Source: Octopus sinensis (lineage: Eukaryota). Taken from it: a DNA stretch of 64,000 bases. Below the pieces are notes generated by a model. It did not search any database. It was not told where the DNA came from and worked only from the letters and a program-made list of their open reading frames with translations. Location: positions 23,002,001 to 23,066,000 of the forward strand of contig NC_043010.1 of assembly GCF_006345805.1 (NCBI RefSeq). The letters run 5' to 3'. Shown piece after piece: positions 1-13,415 of the stretch (position 1 is the stretch's first letter; every line of letters starts with the position of its first letter). The position numbers were made by a program, and so were the translations under genes.

Positions 1-884
1 TGAATTTCCCGGTTTTTATAGCTATAAGCTACCCTTCTAGAAAGGTCGGCAAAACAGTTTAGAGGTAAAATTCTCACCCTTCCTCGGAAGTTTGCCGCGT
101 CAATTATTAGTTAGCCGGTGTTGAATGGTCAGCGATAGGCGTTAATGGTTTTATGACGGTATTTTTCCATTTAAAGAGAAACATTGGACGGTGGTCCTCG
201 ATTAAGAAAATCTGAAAGCTATGGTTTAATACTTTGCTAAGATCTCGCTTCAAATATTAAAGATAAAACAGGAACCTGAAGGTCTTTGCTGGATACAACA
301 GAAGGAATCTTGGCACTAAAACAACCGAGATGAGAACACTACTTCGAATATTATCTTTTAATTATCACAGATAATTTTAAAATACAAAAACAGTGGGGGG
401 GGGGAATGATTGGGAGATATTCAAATTTGCCACTGACTGTATTGATTTCTCCAATCTCGGAGTGGGACCTGTAAAAGCATGCTCAATTTTCTAACTAATC
501 TTGATATCGGAAAGTGAATATATTTAAGGTTATTACAAGATTTCCAGTTCTATTTTCTTGTTTTGAAAACTTCTGAGAGTATCCACGCCACATGCTAATA
601 TTGAATGCCTACAAGACCTCAAAGGAATACTGGACAAATTTGATTAAAAATACAATTTATTTAGAGTAATCATGACATTAATTGTAGTAATTTTAATGTT
701 TTTTGAGTAAGGCTCCATATTTATTTACTTTTATGAAGCACAACTTAAACCATCCTTTTGATGGTTTATACAACATTCCCCATTGAACCAATATCCTTGG
801 TCCAACTGAAGACTGGCTTTTTAAAACAATTTATAAAAAATATTGTGAATTCATGTGAATTATTTTAGGTATTACAAAAGCCAA

Positions 885-1040
885 GGCCGGGACTGCGTGG
901 TAAATAGCTTGTTTAACAACCTCATGGTTCCGAGTTCAGTCCCACTGCGTGGCACCTTGGGCAAGTGTCTCCTACCATAGCCTCGGGCCGACCAAGCCTT
1001 ATGAGTGGATTTGGTAGATGGAAACTGAAAGAAACCCGCC

Positions 1041-1090
<50 letters not shown>

Positions 1091-1320
1091 TGTGTGTGTG
1101 TGAGTGTATGTTTGTGTGTCGCTGTTTGTCCCGACACCAACGCTTGACAACCGATATCGGTGTGTTGACGTCCCCGTAAATTAGCAGTTCGGCAAAAGAG
1201 ACCGATAGAATAAGTACTAGGCTTACAAAAACATAAGTCCTGGCGTCGATTTGCTCGACTAAAGTCGGTGCTCAAGCATGGCCGTAGTCAAATGACTGAA
1301 ACAAATAAAAGAAAAAGAAA
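885..1320 (+). mobile_element. SINE family A (tRNA-like head, internal (TA)n/(GT)n microsatellite, conserved tail), full-length copy
   Basis: Head ...GGTTCCGAGTTCAGTCCCACTGCGTGGCACCTTGGGCAAGTG...GGAAACTGAAAGAA, microsatellite, tail ...CATGGCCGTAGTCAAATGACTGAAACAA. The same blocks recur many times in the window in both orientations. Confidence 0.85.
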
Positions 1321-2711
1321 ATATATATGTGTATGTATGTATGTATGTATGTATGTATGTATGTATGTATGTATGTATGTATGTATGTATGTATGTGTGT
1401 GTGTATGCATGTATGTATGTGTGTATGTATGTATGTATAGTGCCTTCACGTATTCCTCCACATGGCATAAGAAGCTATATAAGAGGATGATAGAACAAGA
1501 CAAAATACGAGAAATACACACACAGACGCACACACACACGCATGCACACACATACACACACACACGCTCACACACACATATATATTTATACACACATACA
1601 TACATAAATATGTGTCTGGGTATATTCGTGTATGTATATGTGTAGTTATGTATGTACGTATGCATATCATAAATATATATATATACAACTTATAAACAAG
1701 GGCTAAAGAAAATGATTTCTATGCCAATATACTGATAACAGACTTTTAAATCAATTTCCACACATTATTTACTCGCAACAGAAAAGACGTAGAGCTGAAA
1801 TCGAGGAAAGCCAGCCAATAGAATTTTTTTTAAAATGTTCGTTATTTCTATATTGAATCAATTTCGGAATTAATATCATAATAAATTTTTCCGCCTCAGT
1901 AGAAAATACGAAAAGAAATAAATGAAATACTTACATGCGTCCATGGAAAAAAGCCGAAGCAAAAATCATGAGTACATATAAGTACCCCAGATATATCTAA
2001 ATATAAAATCGCTTGGTCAGCCTCAGCATACGTGTGAACTGTTTGCCACCACAGCTTATAGTGGTTACCAGTCCCTATAGCGAATAGTAATAAGTCTACT
2101 ATTAATATAGGATGAAGTTATGTTACAGAAAAAAAAATATATATATATATACAAGAGCTAGCTCCTGTGGCGGGCTCTTCATTAGGCCTTGGGCCCAACC
2201 ATGACACTTCGTGCTCTGAGTACATATCAAATTTATTATACTTAAACTATATTTTTAAGCAATGAACTATTTTCATCAGAACAACGATATAATTTGTCGA
2301 CTTATTGCAAAGCTGCATGATAAACAACAATAGCATCACCATCGCCTCCACATCTGCCATCAATACCTTCGACTTCACCGCCTAGCCTTCCACCACCATC
2401 ACCACTGCCTTTCACATCACTTACTCTCGCCGTCATCCCTAGCCGCCTCAGTTACCACCTCACCCTCATCATCATCACCGCCGCCTCCACCTCTATCGCA
2501 ACTACAGCTCATGCTATTTCTATCACCCCATTACCATCAGTGCTCAGTATGTTCGTTCAGTATGTTCGTTCAGTATGTATCTCTCACATACTCACTCTTT
2601 CTCTCTCTTTTAATATTACTCTCACTGCCACCATCAACATTACTACTTTTAATAAAAAACATCATCAGCTCTCCCTGAATTTCTTTGTCTCTCTTACTCT
2701 CCCTCCCTTTT

Positions 2712-2759
<48 letters not shown>

Positions 2760-2955
2760 TCATTCTCTCTCTCTCTCTCTTTGTCTTTGCCATCGCCCTC
2801 ACCGTCTCTATGCCTACTATTACTCACAAGTGTCATTGAATAGTTGTGAGAAAGGGGTCGAAGTGTGACAGTGACACACAGAAATTAGTTTTCACATTTA
2901 TTATATTAGATATACATGCTCTCTCTGCCTCTCTGTCTCTCTGTCTCTCTCTCTC

Positions 2956-3094
<139 letters not shown>

Positions 3095-3730
3095 TGTATG
3101 TATGTATGTATATGTAAGTATGTTTATATGTATATTGCACTTTATGTGTGTATCTACGTATCTTGTCTGCTGAAGATAAGGTAGGGCAATTTATGTACTG
3201 ATAACTGATAATGTCAATTGAGACCGAAACACATTTCCACAATTGTCCTTTTCTTTTCAGACCACAGACTGTCATTTCTTTAATGGCATCTGTTTTAGAT
3301 ATTCTTTGTCAATTCGTTAGATTATGTCGCTTCCTCATTTATATTTCTACCAACGGTTTGGTCTATCTTATGTATAAGGAGAGATAATTAAAAGGAATCA
3401 AGAATTTAATTTTTTTATGTTATTTAATATACTCCTCTTCAGCTATGCTGTCCAAGAGCCTGCTACTGGTAGTTCTGAGTTATGTATTTTGGTTCGTTTT
3501 AGTTTCATACATACATCATGAAGCTTATTTACATATGCATAGGTGCACGTGTGGCTGTGTGGAAAGAAGTTTGCTGCCCATCCACATAACCACATGGTTC
3601 TGCTTTCAGTCTCACTTTGTGGCAACTTTAGCAAGCGTCTTCTGCTATAGCCTTGGGCCGACCAAAGGCTTGTGGTGGATTTAGTAGACGAAATCTGTCG
3701 TGTATATATATATATATTCATATATAATTA

Positions 3731-3842
<112 letters not shown>

Positions 3843-3844
3843 AT

Positions 3845-4180
3845 GCGCATGGCTCAGTGGTTAGAGCGTCGAGCTTACGATCGTGAGGTTGTGAGCTCGA
3901 ATCCCGGACCGGGCTGCGTGTTGTGTTCTTGAGCAAGGCACTTTATTTCACGTTGCTTCAGTTCACTCAGCTGTAGAAATGAGTTGCGACGTCACTGGTG
4001 CCAAGCTGTATCGACCTTTGTCTTTCCCTTGGATAACACTGGTGGCGTGGAGAGGGGAGGCTGGTATGCATGGGCGACTGCTGGCCTTCCATAAACAACC
4101 TTGCCCTGACTTGTGTCTAGGAGGGTAACTTTCTAGGTGCAATCCCATGGTCATTCATGACCGAAGGGGGTCTTTACCCT
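3845..4180 (+). mobile_element. tRNA-derived SINE family C, apparently full length
   Basis: Pol III A-box TGGCTCAGTGG and B-box-like GCTCGAATCC, followed by TTGTGTTCTTGAGCAAGGCACTT core; sits in (TA)n; a diverged reverse copy is at ~52856-53070. Confidence 0.85.
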
Positions 4181-4270
4181 TTATATATACGTATATATCT
4201 TTAGTCTTTAATCTTTAAATTGTTTCAGCATTAAACCTGTGGTCATGCTGGGGCACCACCATTGACTGAG

Positions 4271-4776
4271 CTACACCATTATTTGAAACCTCCTCTGATA
4301 TGGATCATTTGATGAATGAGGGGGTTTGATACCGCTGCTCTCATATTTCCTGCCGTGAGATAGGTTCATCTGGAAACCGTGATGAGAGAAGATCCAGTTT
4401 TGTTTTGAACACACATCTACGCCATGCTGGTCTCTCAGGCATTTTGGAAGGATACTGAAGAGGTGTGGGCCCTTGAAACCCAACCTGTTGCAGTATCTGG
4501 TTCTGTATTTTGATAGGGATGCTGGGACCTTTGGCACCACCTAGTAGCGCCCTGTTCTGCAGTTTGAGTAATTTTCAATGCCAAAGTTAGGTACAAGGCC
4601 TTCCGGGATTTTCCAGATGTATATCACTGCATATCTTTCCTGCCTTCGTTCTAGTAAGACGAGTTTTAATTCTTTCAGTCTTTCCCAGTAGCTGATACGT
4701 TGCATTGAGATTTTCTCAGTGTAGCTTCCTTGAATTGCTTCGAGCTCCGCTGTTAATTTCATATTGTGTGGTGACC
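4271..4776 (-). mobile_element. CR1-group LINE, decayed 3' fragment of ORF2
   Basis: Translations SYWERLKELKL..LERRQERYAVIYIWKIPEGLVPNFGI and RYCNRLGFKGPHLFSILPKCLRD; homologous fragments at 10670-11470, 12700-13085, 27570-28190. Confidence 0.75.
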
Positions 4777-5840
4777 ATGTGTGTGTGTGTGTATGTATGT
4801 GTGTGCGTGTGTGTGTGTGTGTGTGTATGTGTGTGTCGTTCATTACCGCTTGATAACTGGCGTCGTTGTGTTTACGTGCCCATAACCTTGTGGTTCGGCA
4901 AAAAAAAAAAAATAACGATAGAATAATACGAAGCTGGTGTCAATTCATTCGACTAAAAACTTTTGAAAGCCAATCTAATGAGTGAAACAAGTAAAAGATA
5001 AAAGATACACCACCTAACACAACCACACGGAACGTTTCGGGCCTCGTTTAAACGCGTTGCGTCATAGACTAACTTCCCGTTAATTTCGCAGTTGAAATCA
5101 CGCCGAGAGATGACTTTCCTTTTCATCTTGGGTGTAGTGGGGTGCGATAAAAAGAAATAGCATTGGTAAATTAGGGTCCATAGAAAAATGCTTGGCCTTT
5201 TACAAATGTTAGACATCTTTTATTAAATTAAAAACTAATCAATATTGTGATTAACATTTAATCACATTAATTTTCCCTTATAATTATTAAAATTTATCTC
5301 TTTCACAATCGCGAACATTATAATTAAACTGGGAAAAAAACCACACACACACACACACAAAAAAAAAATGACGGAATAGAAACATAAATATATATCAACA
5401 GTTAGTCAGCAGAGTGGCTTTCGTTTGGAATCAGACTTTGTGCTTCATACTGGAACAGCAACGAATAAGTGGGGGTGGGGCATCCGAAAAAGAAAAGGAT
5501 AATAAAGGAAAGTAAATAACCTGTGATAACCTCGATAACCTATCGATTTATTTTCTATAAGATTAGTTCGACGGGACAACAACGTGTCCCACCGTCCGTT
5601 CAATTATGGCCGCTGAATGATGTGGTTGGGGCTTACTCGATAAAACAAACCCAGTATTAATTACATCCTGCCGCTGCTGCCAGTCATCTCAACGAATTGT
5701 ATTTACTCTGAATACAATGCTTTAAAGAATCATTCAATTCTCATCGATTTCTGTTCACATATTTATATATATACGTATTTTTTTCTTTGTTTCAGGAACG
5801 ATCTTAGATGTCGACATTATATTATATTTTTGTTGTTCCA

Positions 5841-6465
5841 AGGCGGCCACCTGGGGGAATCGTTACCGTGCCGGATAAAATGCTAAGCTACATTTTGACT
5901 ATCATTATGTTCTGAGTTCAAATTAAGTCGACGGGACCACTTTGCTTTTTATCCTTTCGCGTTCGGTAAAATAAGTAACAGTTGATCCCTGAGGTCGATG
6001 TGATCGTCTTAAACCCTCCCTTAAATTGCAGGCCTTGTGCCAAAAATTGAAGCCAGTATCATTATCATTGTTGTAAGGCGGCGAGCTGGCAGAATTGTTA
6101 GCACGCTGGATGAAATGCTCGGTGGTATTTCGCCCATCGCTACATTCTGAGTTCAAATTCCGCCGAGGTTGGCTTTGTCTTTCATCTTTTCGGGGTCGAT
6201 AAATTAAGTACCAGTTTTGTATTGAGGTCGATCTAATCGAGTGGACCCCTCAACCAAAATTTCAGGCCTTGTGCCTTATAATAGAAAGAGTAAAATGCTA
6301 TGTAGCATTTCGTCCGTCTTTATGTTCTGAGTTCAAATTCCGTCAAAGTCCACTTTGTCATCCATCATTTCTGAGTCGATAAAATAAGTAAAAATTGAGC
6401 ACTGGACTCGATGTGAACGACTTAACCAATCCTCAAAATTGCTGGCCTTGAACTAAAATTTGAAG
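5841..6465 (+). mobile_element. SINE family B, three tandem copies
   Basis: Repeated GGCGGCGAGCTGGCAGAA..GTTAGC..TTCTGAGTTCAAATTCCGCCGAGG..GGGGTCGATAAATTAAGTACCAG units. Confidence 0.8.
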
Positions 6466-6489
6466 TTATTGTTGATATTGTTGTTGATG

Positions 6490-6870
6490 GAACCTGTTGA
6501 TATTTTCCACAGCATTTTTCTTCGAGTTTCCCATACTTCTAGAGTAATATTTAATGGTGGCGGGAGCAAATATTAACCAAACGAAGGTGATGGGTTTGCA
6601 AATCCATACTTGCAGTGTCAGTTCCTACAACCAATCAGTGATACAGGGATGCTGGACGGACAGACCAGTTAACTCGCTTAGATTTATGGTCTGGTTCGAT
6701 CCAGACCTTCTGATAAATGGTTTCAGGGACGAAGTTATAAAAAAAGTACAGTATGTCACCTCACCACAAATTGGCAGAGTGAAATTTAGAACAGAAGTAA
6801 TGGACGTGAACATAGCTTCTTTTATATATTGCTTTCAAATTTTGGTCACAAGCCCAGCAATTACGGTGGA
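6490..6870 (+). mobile_element. Tx1/L1-clade LINE reverse-transcriptase fragment, heavily decayed
   Basis: ORF 6554-6880 GANINQTKVMGLQ...WTDRPVNSL..VWFDPDL...IASFIY resembles the Tx1 RT C-terminal region (GAKIN..KS.GL, LGVWF). Confidence 0.55.
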
Positions 6871-6876
6871 GGGAGG

Positions 6877-7015
6877 CTAGTCGATTACATCGATGCCAGG
6901 GTTCAACTGGTACTTATTTTATCGCCCCCGAAACGATGAAATGGACAATCGACCAAGCAGAGTTTGAACTCAGAATGTTAAAACTGGGTAAATGTTGCCA
7001 AGCATTTTGCCTGGC
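6877..7015 (-). mobile_element. SINE family B, partial reverse copy
   Basis: CTGGTACTTATTTTATCG..CCCCGAA..TTTGAACTCAGAATG is the reverse complement of the family B core. Confidence 0.7.
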
Positions 7016-7924
7016 ATCACAGTCCTTGAACATCTCGAGGCTGGTGATTTCGTGTGGCTGTTCGAGTTATATTTTTAGCTTCTATTTCTAGCATTTGCAT
7101 GTGCTATTTGACACCCTTATTTATGTATTTGCCTTTTTGGTTTTTCATTGCTGTGGCCACCTATATTATAATGTAGTTAATATATCATAATATATTAATT
7201 TATCTTTATAGTATATATTTGTATAAAACTCACAGAATGAAGTATTTTGTTAAAATCCTAAAATTTTCTCCGGATTAAAGAGATAACTTGCTTCCCGTTT
7301 GCTCATGAGAGGGGGAAAGCGTTGAAGAGCGAGCGCTAAAATTCAAAATGATTCAATCGTATATAAAAATACAAATATATGTTGTACATAAACATAATAA
7401 ATGCACAAGCAAGCAAGAAACATACACAGAAGGTCGCCAAATCCTCATCAGTTATCGGCCAAAGGGTCAAACGCAAATTCGTGCCTTAACGGTAATAACG
7501 ATAATCTCCCTCTGGTAGCGCCGCCAGGAATTGACGAGCCAAAAAACAAAACATAAAATGAACAAACAGACAAGAAATAAACTAGTATACGATACAGGAA
7601 GTTAACATACGAATGTGGAATAAATATAATTCAAGATATGAGAATTAGTGGACAGACAAGGGACAGAGACGAAAACAAAGAAGACGGCTGTGCGCATACA
7701 AACGAACTGAAATAAATAAACAAACAAAACAAAGCTTTAAGGCCAGACAGGAAAATAGTCGAGTGAGTTGACAAACAAAAGAAAGTGGTATTCAACACAT
7801 ATGGGAAGATTTATATATATTACTTAATGGCAGTTTGATTCGCTTCTACGCGCCTGATGAGTTACGTTCGGTTAACGAGCCACCGATGCTTCAAGTTGCA
7901 TGGAGCTGAATCAAACTATTATTT

Positions 7925-7959
<35 letters not shown>

Positions 7960-7970
<11 letters not shown>

Positions 7971-8545
7971 TCACATGCACACATACATATATACATACAT
8001 TTACATATATATATACAAATATACACACACACATATAAGCATATACTTTTATGTATATATGTATGTAAATATACATATATACATATATTTATATATGTGT
8101 GTGTGTGTCTGTGCGTGTATGTGTGTATTTGTTTATGGCCGTTCTTTCTGATAAATTACCAAAGAAATTACCATAATTTAAATTACCACAAATACACATA
8201 GATATGCACACGCCCACACACAGGCACACACAAGCACACACACACACCACACACACACACAAACACACGCACACTCACATGCACACATACATATATACAT
8301 ACATTTACATATATATATACAAATATACACACACACATATAAGCATATACTTTTATGTATATATGTATGTAAATATACATATATACATATATTTATATAT
8401 GTGTGTGTGTGTCTGTGCGTGTATGTGTGTATTTGTTTATGGCCGTTCTTTCTGATAAATTACCAAAGAAATTACCATAATTTAAATTACCACAAATACA
8501 CATAGATATGCACACGCCCACACACAGGCACACACAAGCACACAC
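7960..8545. repeat. Tandem duplication, 304-bp period, two near-identical units
   Basis: The non-microsatellite segment GGCCGTTCTTTCTGATAAATTACCAAAGAAATTACC occurs twice; ORF-track starts and stops are offset by exactly 304 (8076/8380, 8089/8393). Confidence 0.9.
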
Positions 8546-9362
8546 ACACACACACAAGCACACACACACACACACAATCACACACCTATACACACACGCA
8601 ATATAATTAGAGTCTCTTTTGATTGAAGGGAGATTTCAACAGTGATTAAATACATGAAAACAACAACATCCACATCATCTACAACACAGCAGCAGCAGCA
8701 ACAACAACAACAACAACAACAACAATGTCAATGACAACTACGACGAAAGCGACAAACTCTACCACCACCACCACCACCACCACCACCACCACCACCACCA
8801 CAAACAACAACAACAACAACAACAACATTCAAACAAAATTCGAAAAATTGAAATTTGCGAAAAATTCGTTTTATTGCCGTTAATAGTCTTCTTCAGTTGT
8901 TGCCGTTGTAATTGTTGTTGTAGGTATTTTGTTATGGTGTTTGTTGTTGTGAATATTGCATTAATATTGCACTTATTTGTTTTGTGAGTTGTTGTTATCA
9001 TATTTATTGTTGTGAGTTTCATTCCAGTTTTAATTGTTATTTTCGTTGTAGTCGTTGTTGTTGTTGTTGTTTTCTTAAATGGCCGTTCAAAATTTATGAA
9101 GATTAAAATAATTAATTCTTCAAAAGTTTGTTGACAGCCAAAGCTGGAGATCTGAGTTCTTGCTGCTGCTGCTGCTGCTGCTGCTGTTGTTGTTGTTGTT
9201 GTGTCTGCGCGCGCAATGTATGTACGGGCGTGCGTGTGTAATTATGTGTGTGTGTGTGTGCAAACGACAAATAGAATATATACATATATTTATTTATTTA
9301 CGTATATATATGTGCATGTATATATATATATATGTGTGTATGTATATATATATATGTGTGTA

Positions 9363-9404
<42 letters not shown>

Positions 9405-9405
9405 G

Positions 9406-9437
<32 letters not shown>

Positions 9438-9585
9438 TATATAATATATATATATACATATATGTATATATCTATATATATATATGTCATGTGGTAATCG
9501 AAGAGGTGATTACGCTGGCGATACTTCAACATGACTGCAGCCTGTAGGCTGAAACGTATAAAACAAAGAATAAAATATATATATA

Positions 9586-9625
<40 letters not shown>

Positions 9626-9697
9626 TGCAATTATCTATCTATATATATATATATATACATTCAATATACATACATACATACATATATCTATACATAC

Positions 9698-10113
9698 TTT
9701 TACTAGCTTCAGTTTATTTTAACAGCGGCCATGTTGGAGCACCGCCTTAAATATTTTAGTCGAAGAAATCGACACATGGTTTGTTCTTTATAAGCTTAAT
9801 ACTTGTTCTATCGTTTACTTTTGCTGAACCGCTAAGAGACATAAGCGTACCAGCATCGGCTGTCAAGCGATGGCGGGATGGGAGACTAAACACAAAGTTA
9901 CACACTCACACTCACACGCACACACACACACACACACACATGCACACACATGCACATATATTTATATATATACGATGGGCTTCTTTCAGTTTCCGTCTAC
10001 CAATTCCACTAAGGCTATAGTTGAAGATACTTGCCCATGTTATCATGCAGTGGGACTGAACCCAGAACAATGTGGTTGGGAAGCAAGCTTCTTTCCACAA
10101 AGCCACGCCTGCA

Positions 10114-10115
<2 letters not shown>
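9698..10115 (-). mobile_element. SINE family A, reverse copy
   Basis: Reverse complement of the 885-1320 element including internal (CA)n. Confidence 0.8.
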
Positions 10116-10155
<40 letters not shown>

Positions 10156-10669
10156 ACATATCAGTTATATACATATAAATTAGTTATAAAAATTCACTAC
10201 AACCTAGGCACATCAACGCGTATACATGCTTTATGTATAGAACGTATGTTTTTCTATGTGTGAGTTCAAGAACGACTTTGTGTGTTCGTGAATTTATATT
10301 TACATTTTAACTCTGAAAGAAACAAAACCTGAAAAAAAGAAAGCAAAAGGAAAAAAAATCATCTCGTCTAAGTACATTTTTTGAGCAAGTAACAAACATC
10401 GTTCTAAGTGGAACCAACAGCAACACCAGCAGCAGCAGTTGGAGCAACAGTAGCAGACAGCAGTGATCTTTTAGCCTCTACAATCTTTGTTTTCGCAACA
10501 CTATTGAATTAAAGACAATCGTATTCTATTTTAGATCCTCGTTTGATATGAGGAAGAAGCTTGTTTCCTTTGACATCATAATATCAAGATATTTATAGAT
10601 TGATGTTTATTTAAGCTCTGCTTATCTATCTATCTATCTATCTATCTATCTGGTTCATTTGCTATTGTG

Positions 10670-11470
10670 GAGAGGAGGATGTCTAGTTCCTTTCTGAAGA
10701 CTTCGACTTTATGCATATCTCTTATTTTTGTGGCTGGGCATTGGAGAGCTGTGGGACTTTGAACCTTAGACTATTGCAGGACATGATCCTGAATTTAGAT
10801 GGAGTGGATCGTACCTTTGGTACAATACAATGGCGTCTAATTCTACGTTTTGTATAACATTCAATGCCGAAATTACTGGCCATTCTAGAGTTTTCTATAT
10901 AAATCCTTATATAGATGGGGGGCCTTCACTCCAGGGAATAAAGTTGCAGTTTTCTCAGCCTATCCCTGTAGCTCATCCGCTGCACGGTTTCAATCTTTTT
11001 AGTGTAGTGGCGTTGAACTGCTTCACGCTCCGCTGTTAGTTTGGCACAATCTGGTGACCACAACTAAGAGCAGTAGTCCAGGCGGCTAAGAACAAAGGTT
11101 CTCTTCAAGGTCAACATACTTTCTTGGTTTCTTGTCTTGAAAGACCTCAGTATCCATTCTGGCTATTGTCTGCACTTTGCTGCCATCTTGGTAATGCGCA
11201 TATAAAATGATGCATCATTGCACATACTGATCCCCATGTCTTTCACTGCCTGTGACTCTGGGATTGTAGTACCTTCGGGTCCTGTAAAGGTAGATTGTAT
11301 TATATATGTGCTGAGTTGATAGTGCAGTGCTTGAAATTTTCCAGCATTAAACTGCATGTGGTTTGATTTGGCTCCCTTGTATATCGAAGCATTTCTATAT
11401 CGAATAACAGATCCCGCTGTAATTTTGCGATGTCATCTTGATTTTTTTAATTACCTGCGACCATTTTGTA
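10670..11470 (-). mobile_element. CR1-group LINE ORF2 fragment (RT C-terminal half)
   Basis: MQFNAGKFQALHY...AVKDMGI..ND.SF (FN..K and KDLG motifs), plus RLDYCSQ-like and SLGFK-like segments. Confidence 0.7.
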
Positions 11471-11871
11471 TGTATATATAAGTGCGGTGATGCAAACAGG
11501 AACATAGAACTCAAAGGCTGAGTACATACATATTTTTATTGATATTTAGCATAAGCAACAGAGTGAGACCAAGAGTTTCGTGCGTTGGCACTTACCTCAC
11601 TTTGTTAAGTGCCAACGCACGAAACACTCGGCCCTTAAGCCACTCATTTTTTTCTGCTATGGACAACAGGTATTAAATGAGGATGATAACGGTGGGAATG
11701 TATAATCTTGATATATATATATATATATAATATATATATATTATAAATATATCATATACGTATATGTATATGCATGCATTTATATATATATATATATTTA
11801 TTTATTTATATATATATATACATGCATTACATTTATATATATATATATCCATATATATATGTATGTATGGT

Positions 11872-12520
11872 GGCTACCCTCTCGTTATCGAGTATGGCCA
11901 TTGCACGAAGCTTAATCAATGTTGTTATCGTGCAATGCCTGTGCAAGAAGAGTGGAAAGGCTGTGCGCTGAGTCAATCCCACTCACTAAGCAACAGCAGC
12001 CATAATCCGAAAAGAAGAACAAGTCAACATCATCGGTAACCACTGAGCCGCAGGTTTCATGTCGGAGTTATCCCAGTTACCTGAGTTACCTTCTCCTAGA
12101 AGGATGCCCTAACAAAGGCTGGGACTCCTTCACTCCCAATGGTGTAACCGCGCGATCGGGTATTCAGTCCGATTATTTCTATGTCCCCGCGCATGATACA
12201 GCCTTAAGACATTTATTGGATGGCCGTTGACTCTCAAGAGTTCCTCCGCCCTTTGACGGGTTTTGTTTTTCATCCCGCAGGGTGTCCAATAAACACCCTC
12301 CTCACCAAGAAAGCTTGGTGGGGCTGCCAGTTTAGTCGCCGACGACCCGACCATGCAACAGGTTGTACTGGGTTACATGTTACCATCATCAACATCATCA
12401 TTGTTCGACCGTGGTCGAGACAATGGAATTTACCATGCTACGCCAGACTTCACGGTCCAACATATCCATGCATAATCTTCTGCTCATATAGGCTCGTCCG
12501 TTCATCTGATGACACGTTGC
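11872..12520 (-). mobile_element. RTE-clade LINE remnant: 3' end of one copy followed by 5' UTR-like sequence
   Basis: The minus strand reads MLDREVWRSMVNSIVSTTVEQ* with a (GAT)n tail, then TAACATG..GGCGACTAAAC and TCTAGGAGAAGGTAACTC, motifs typical of RTE 5' regions. Confidence 0.55.
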
Positions 12521-12699
12521 GGTAGAGTCACGCGACATGCATGTATAAATGTATGTATGCATGTTTCTATTTATCTATCTATCTTTCTTTCTCTCTCCCT
12601 CTCTCTCTCTCTATATATGTATATATATATATATGTGTGTATGCATACATATATATACATATATCTGTGTATTTGTGTGTATGTGTGTGTGTGTGTGTG

Positions 12700-13085
12700 T
12701 GGCGGAACTTGAGGCAGACCAGCGCCGCCACACAAAGACTATTGATTCAGTGATACAGATTACCTCCTGGGGGAAGCGTGAAGAACTGAAACTTTAATCC
12801 CTAGTGAAAAGGCGTGAAAGATATCCAGTGATATTCATATGGAAGATACTGGAATGTCTAATTGACAAGTTTAAAATTGGAAGCTCTACGAAGAACTTAA
12901 GTGGACGGCACTGTATAATACCAAAGACCCAATTTTCTCTACGTAGAATAACGATTCAGTACTGTAATAGTTTGGGCTTCAAAGACCTGAAACTATTAAG
13001 CATTCTGCTGAACAACATCAGATATTTGTGAGTTGTAGATGTGGAGTTCTTCAAAAAGCGTCTGGACAAATTTTACTCTGAGCCA
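12700..13085 (+). mobile_element. CR1-group LINE 3' fragment
   Basis: KRRERYPVIFIWKILE...YCNSLGFK; homologous to 4271-4776. Confidence 0.7.
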
Positions 13086-13091
13086 CTAGAT

Positions 13092-13415
13092 CTTAGGTTC
13101 TCAAAGTGGGCGCTACCGCTCCCTGGTGGGCGTTGAGTCAGTACAGGTGAGCGCTGGTGCATAAAAGGGCGGTATGGTTTAGTGAGCGTTAAACAAAAAG
13201 GAGGCGTTGGGTGGAAGGCAGTGGATTGGGGGACGCTATGAATTTATATTATTATAGTATTGTATACAAATTATATAGTATATTAAATATCAAATGATTC
13301 ATAATATATACAAATTAGTAAAATATAAAATTTTTATTTATACATAAAAGTAGAAGTGGGGCACTGGGGGTATTACGTGGTCATGGGGGGGGGGCAGAAA
13401 GTTTGAGAACCTCTG
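13092..13415. mobile_element. hAT-type MITE
   Basis: TIRs CTTAGGTTCTCAAA / TTTGAGAACCTCTG; 8-bp TSD CACTAGAT (13084-13091) / CACAAGAT (13416-13423), one mismatch. Confidence 0.8.

Noticed and set aside
3845-3920. Possible tRNA gene
   Set aside because: A and B boxes are present, but there is no proper acceptor stem or Pol III terminator; it continues into a SINE body found elsewhere in the window.
5779-5830. Polypyrimidine tract plus CAG splice-acceptor-like site (similar site at ~45275-45290)
   Set aside because: No convincing downstream exon with a recognisable protein; host micro-exons cannot be excluded without RNA-seq.
7846-7890. CTGATGA-GTTA..TAAC hammerhead-like motif
   Set aside because: GAAA is replaced by GAGC and stems I and III are not evident.
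8660-9200. PolyQ/polyL/polyW-like ORFs
   Set aside because: Trinucleotide microsatellites (CAA, CAG, CCA, GTT) with no coding context.
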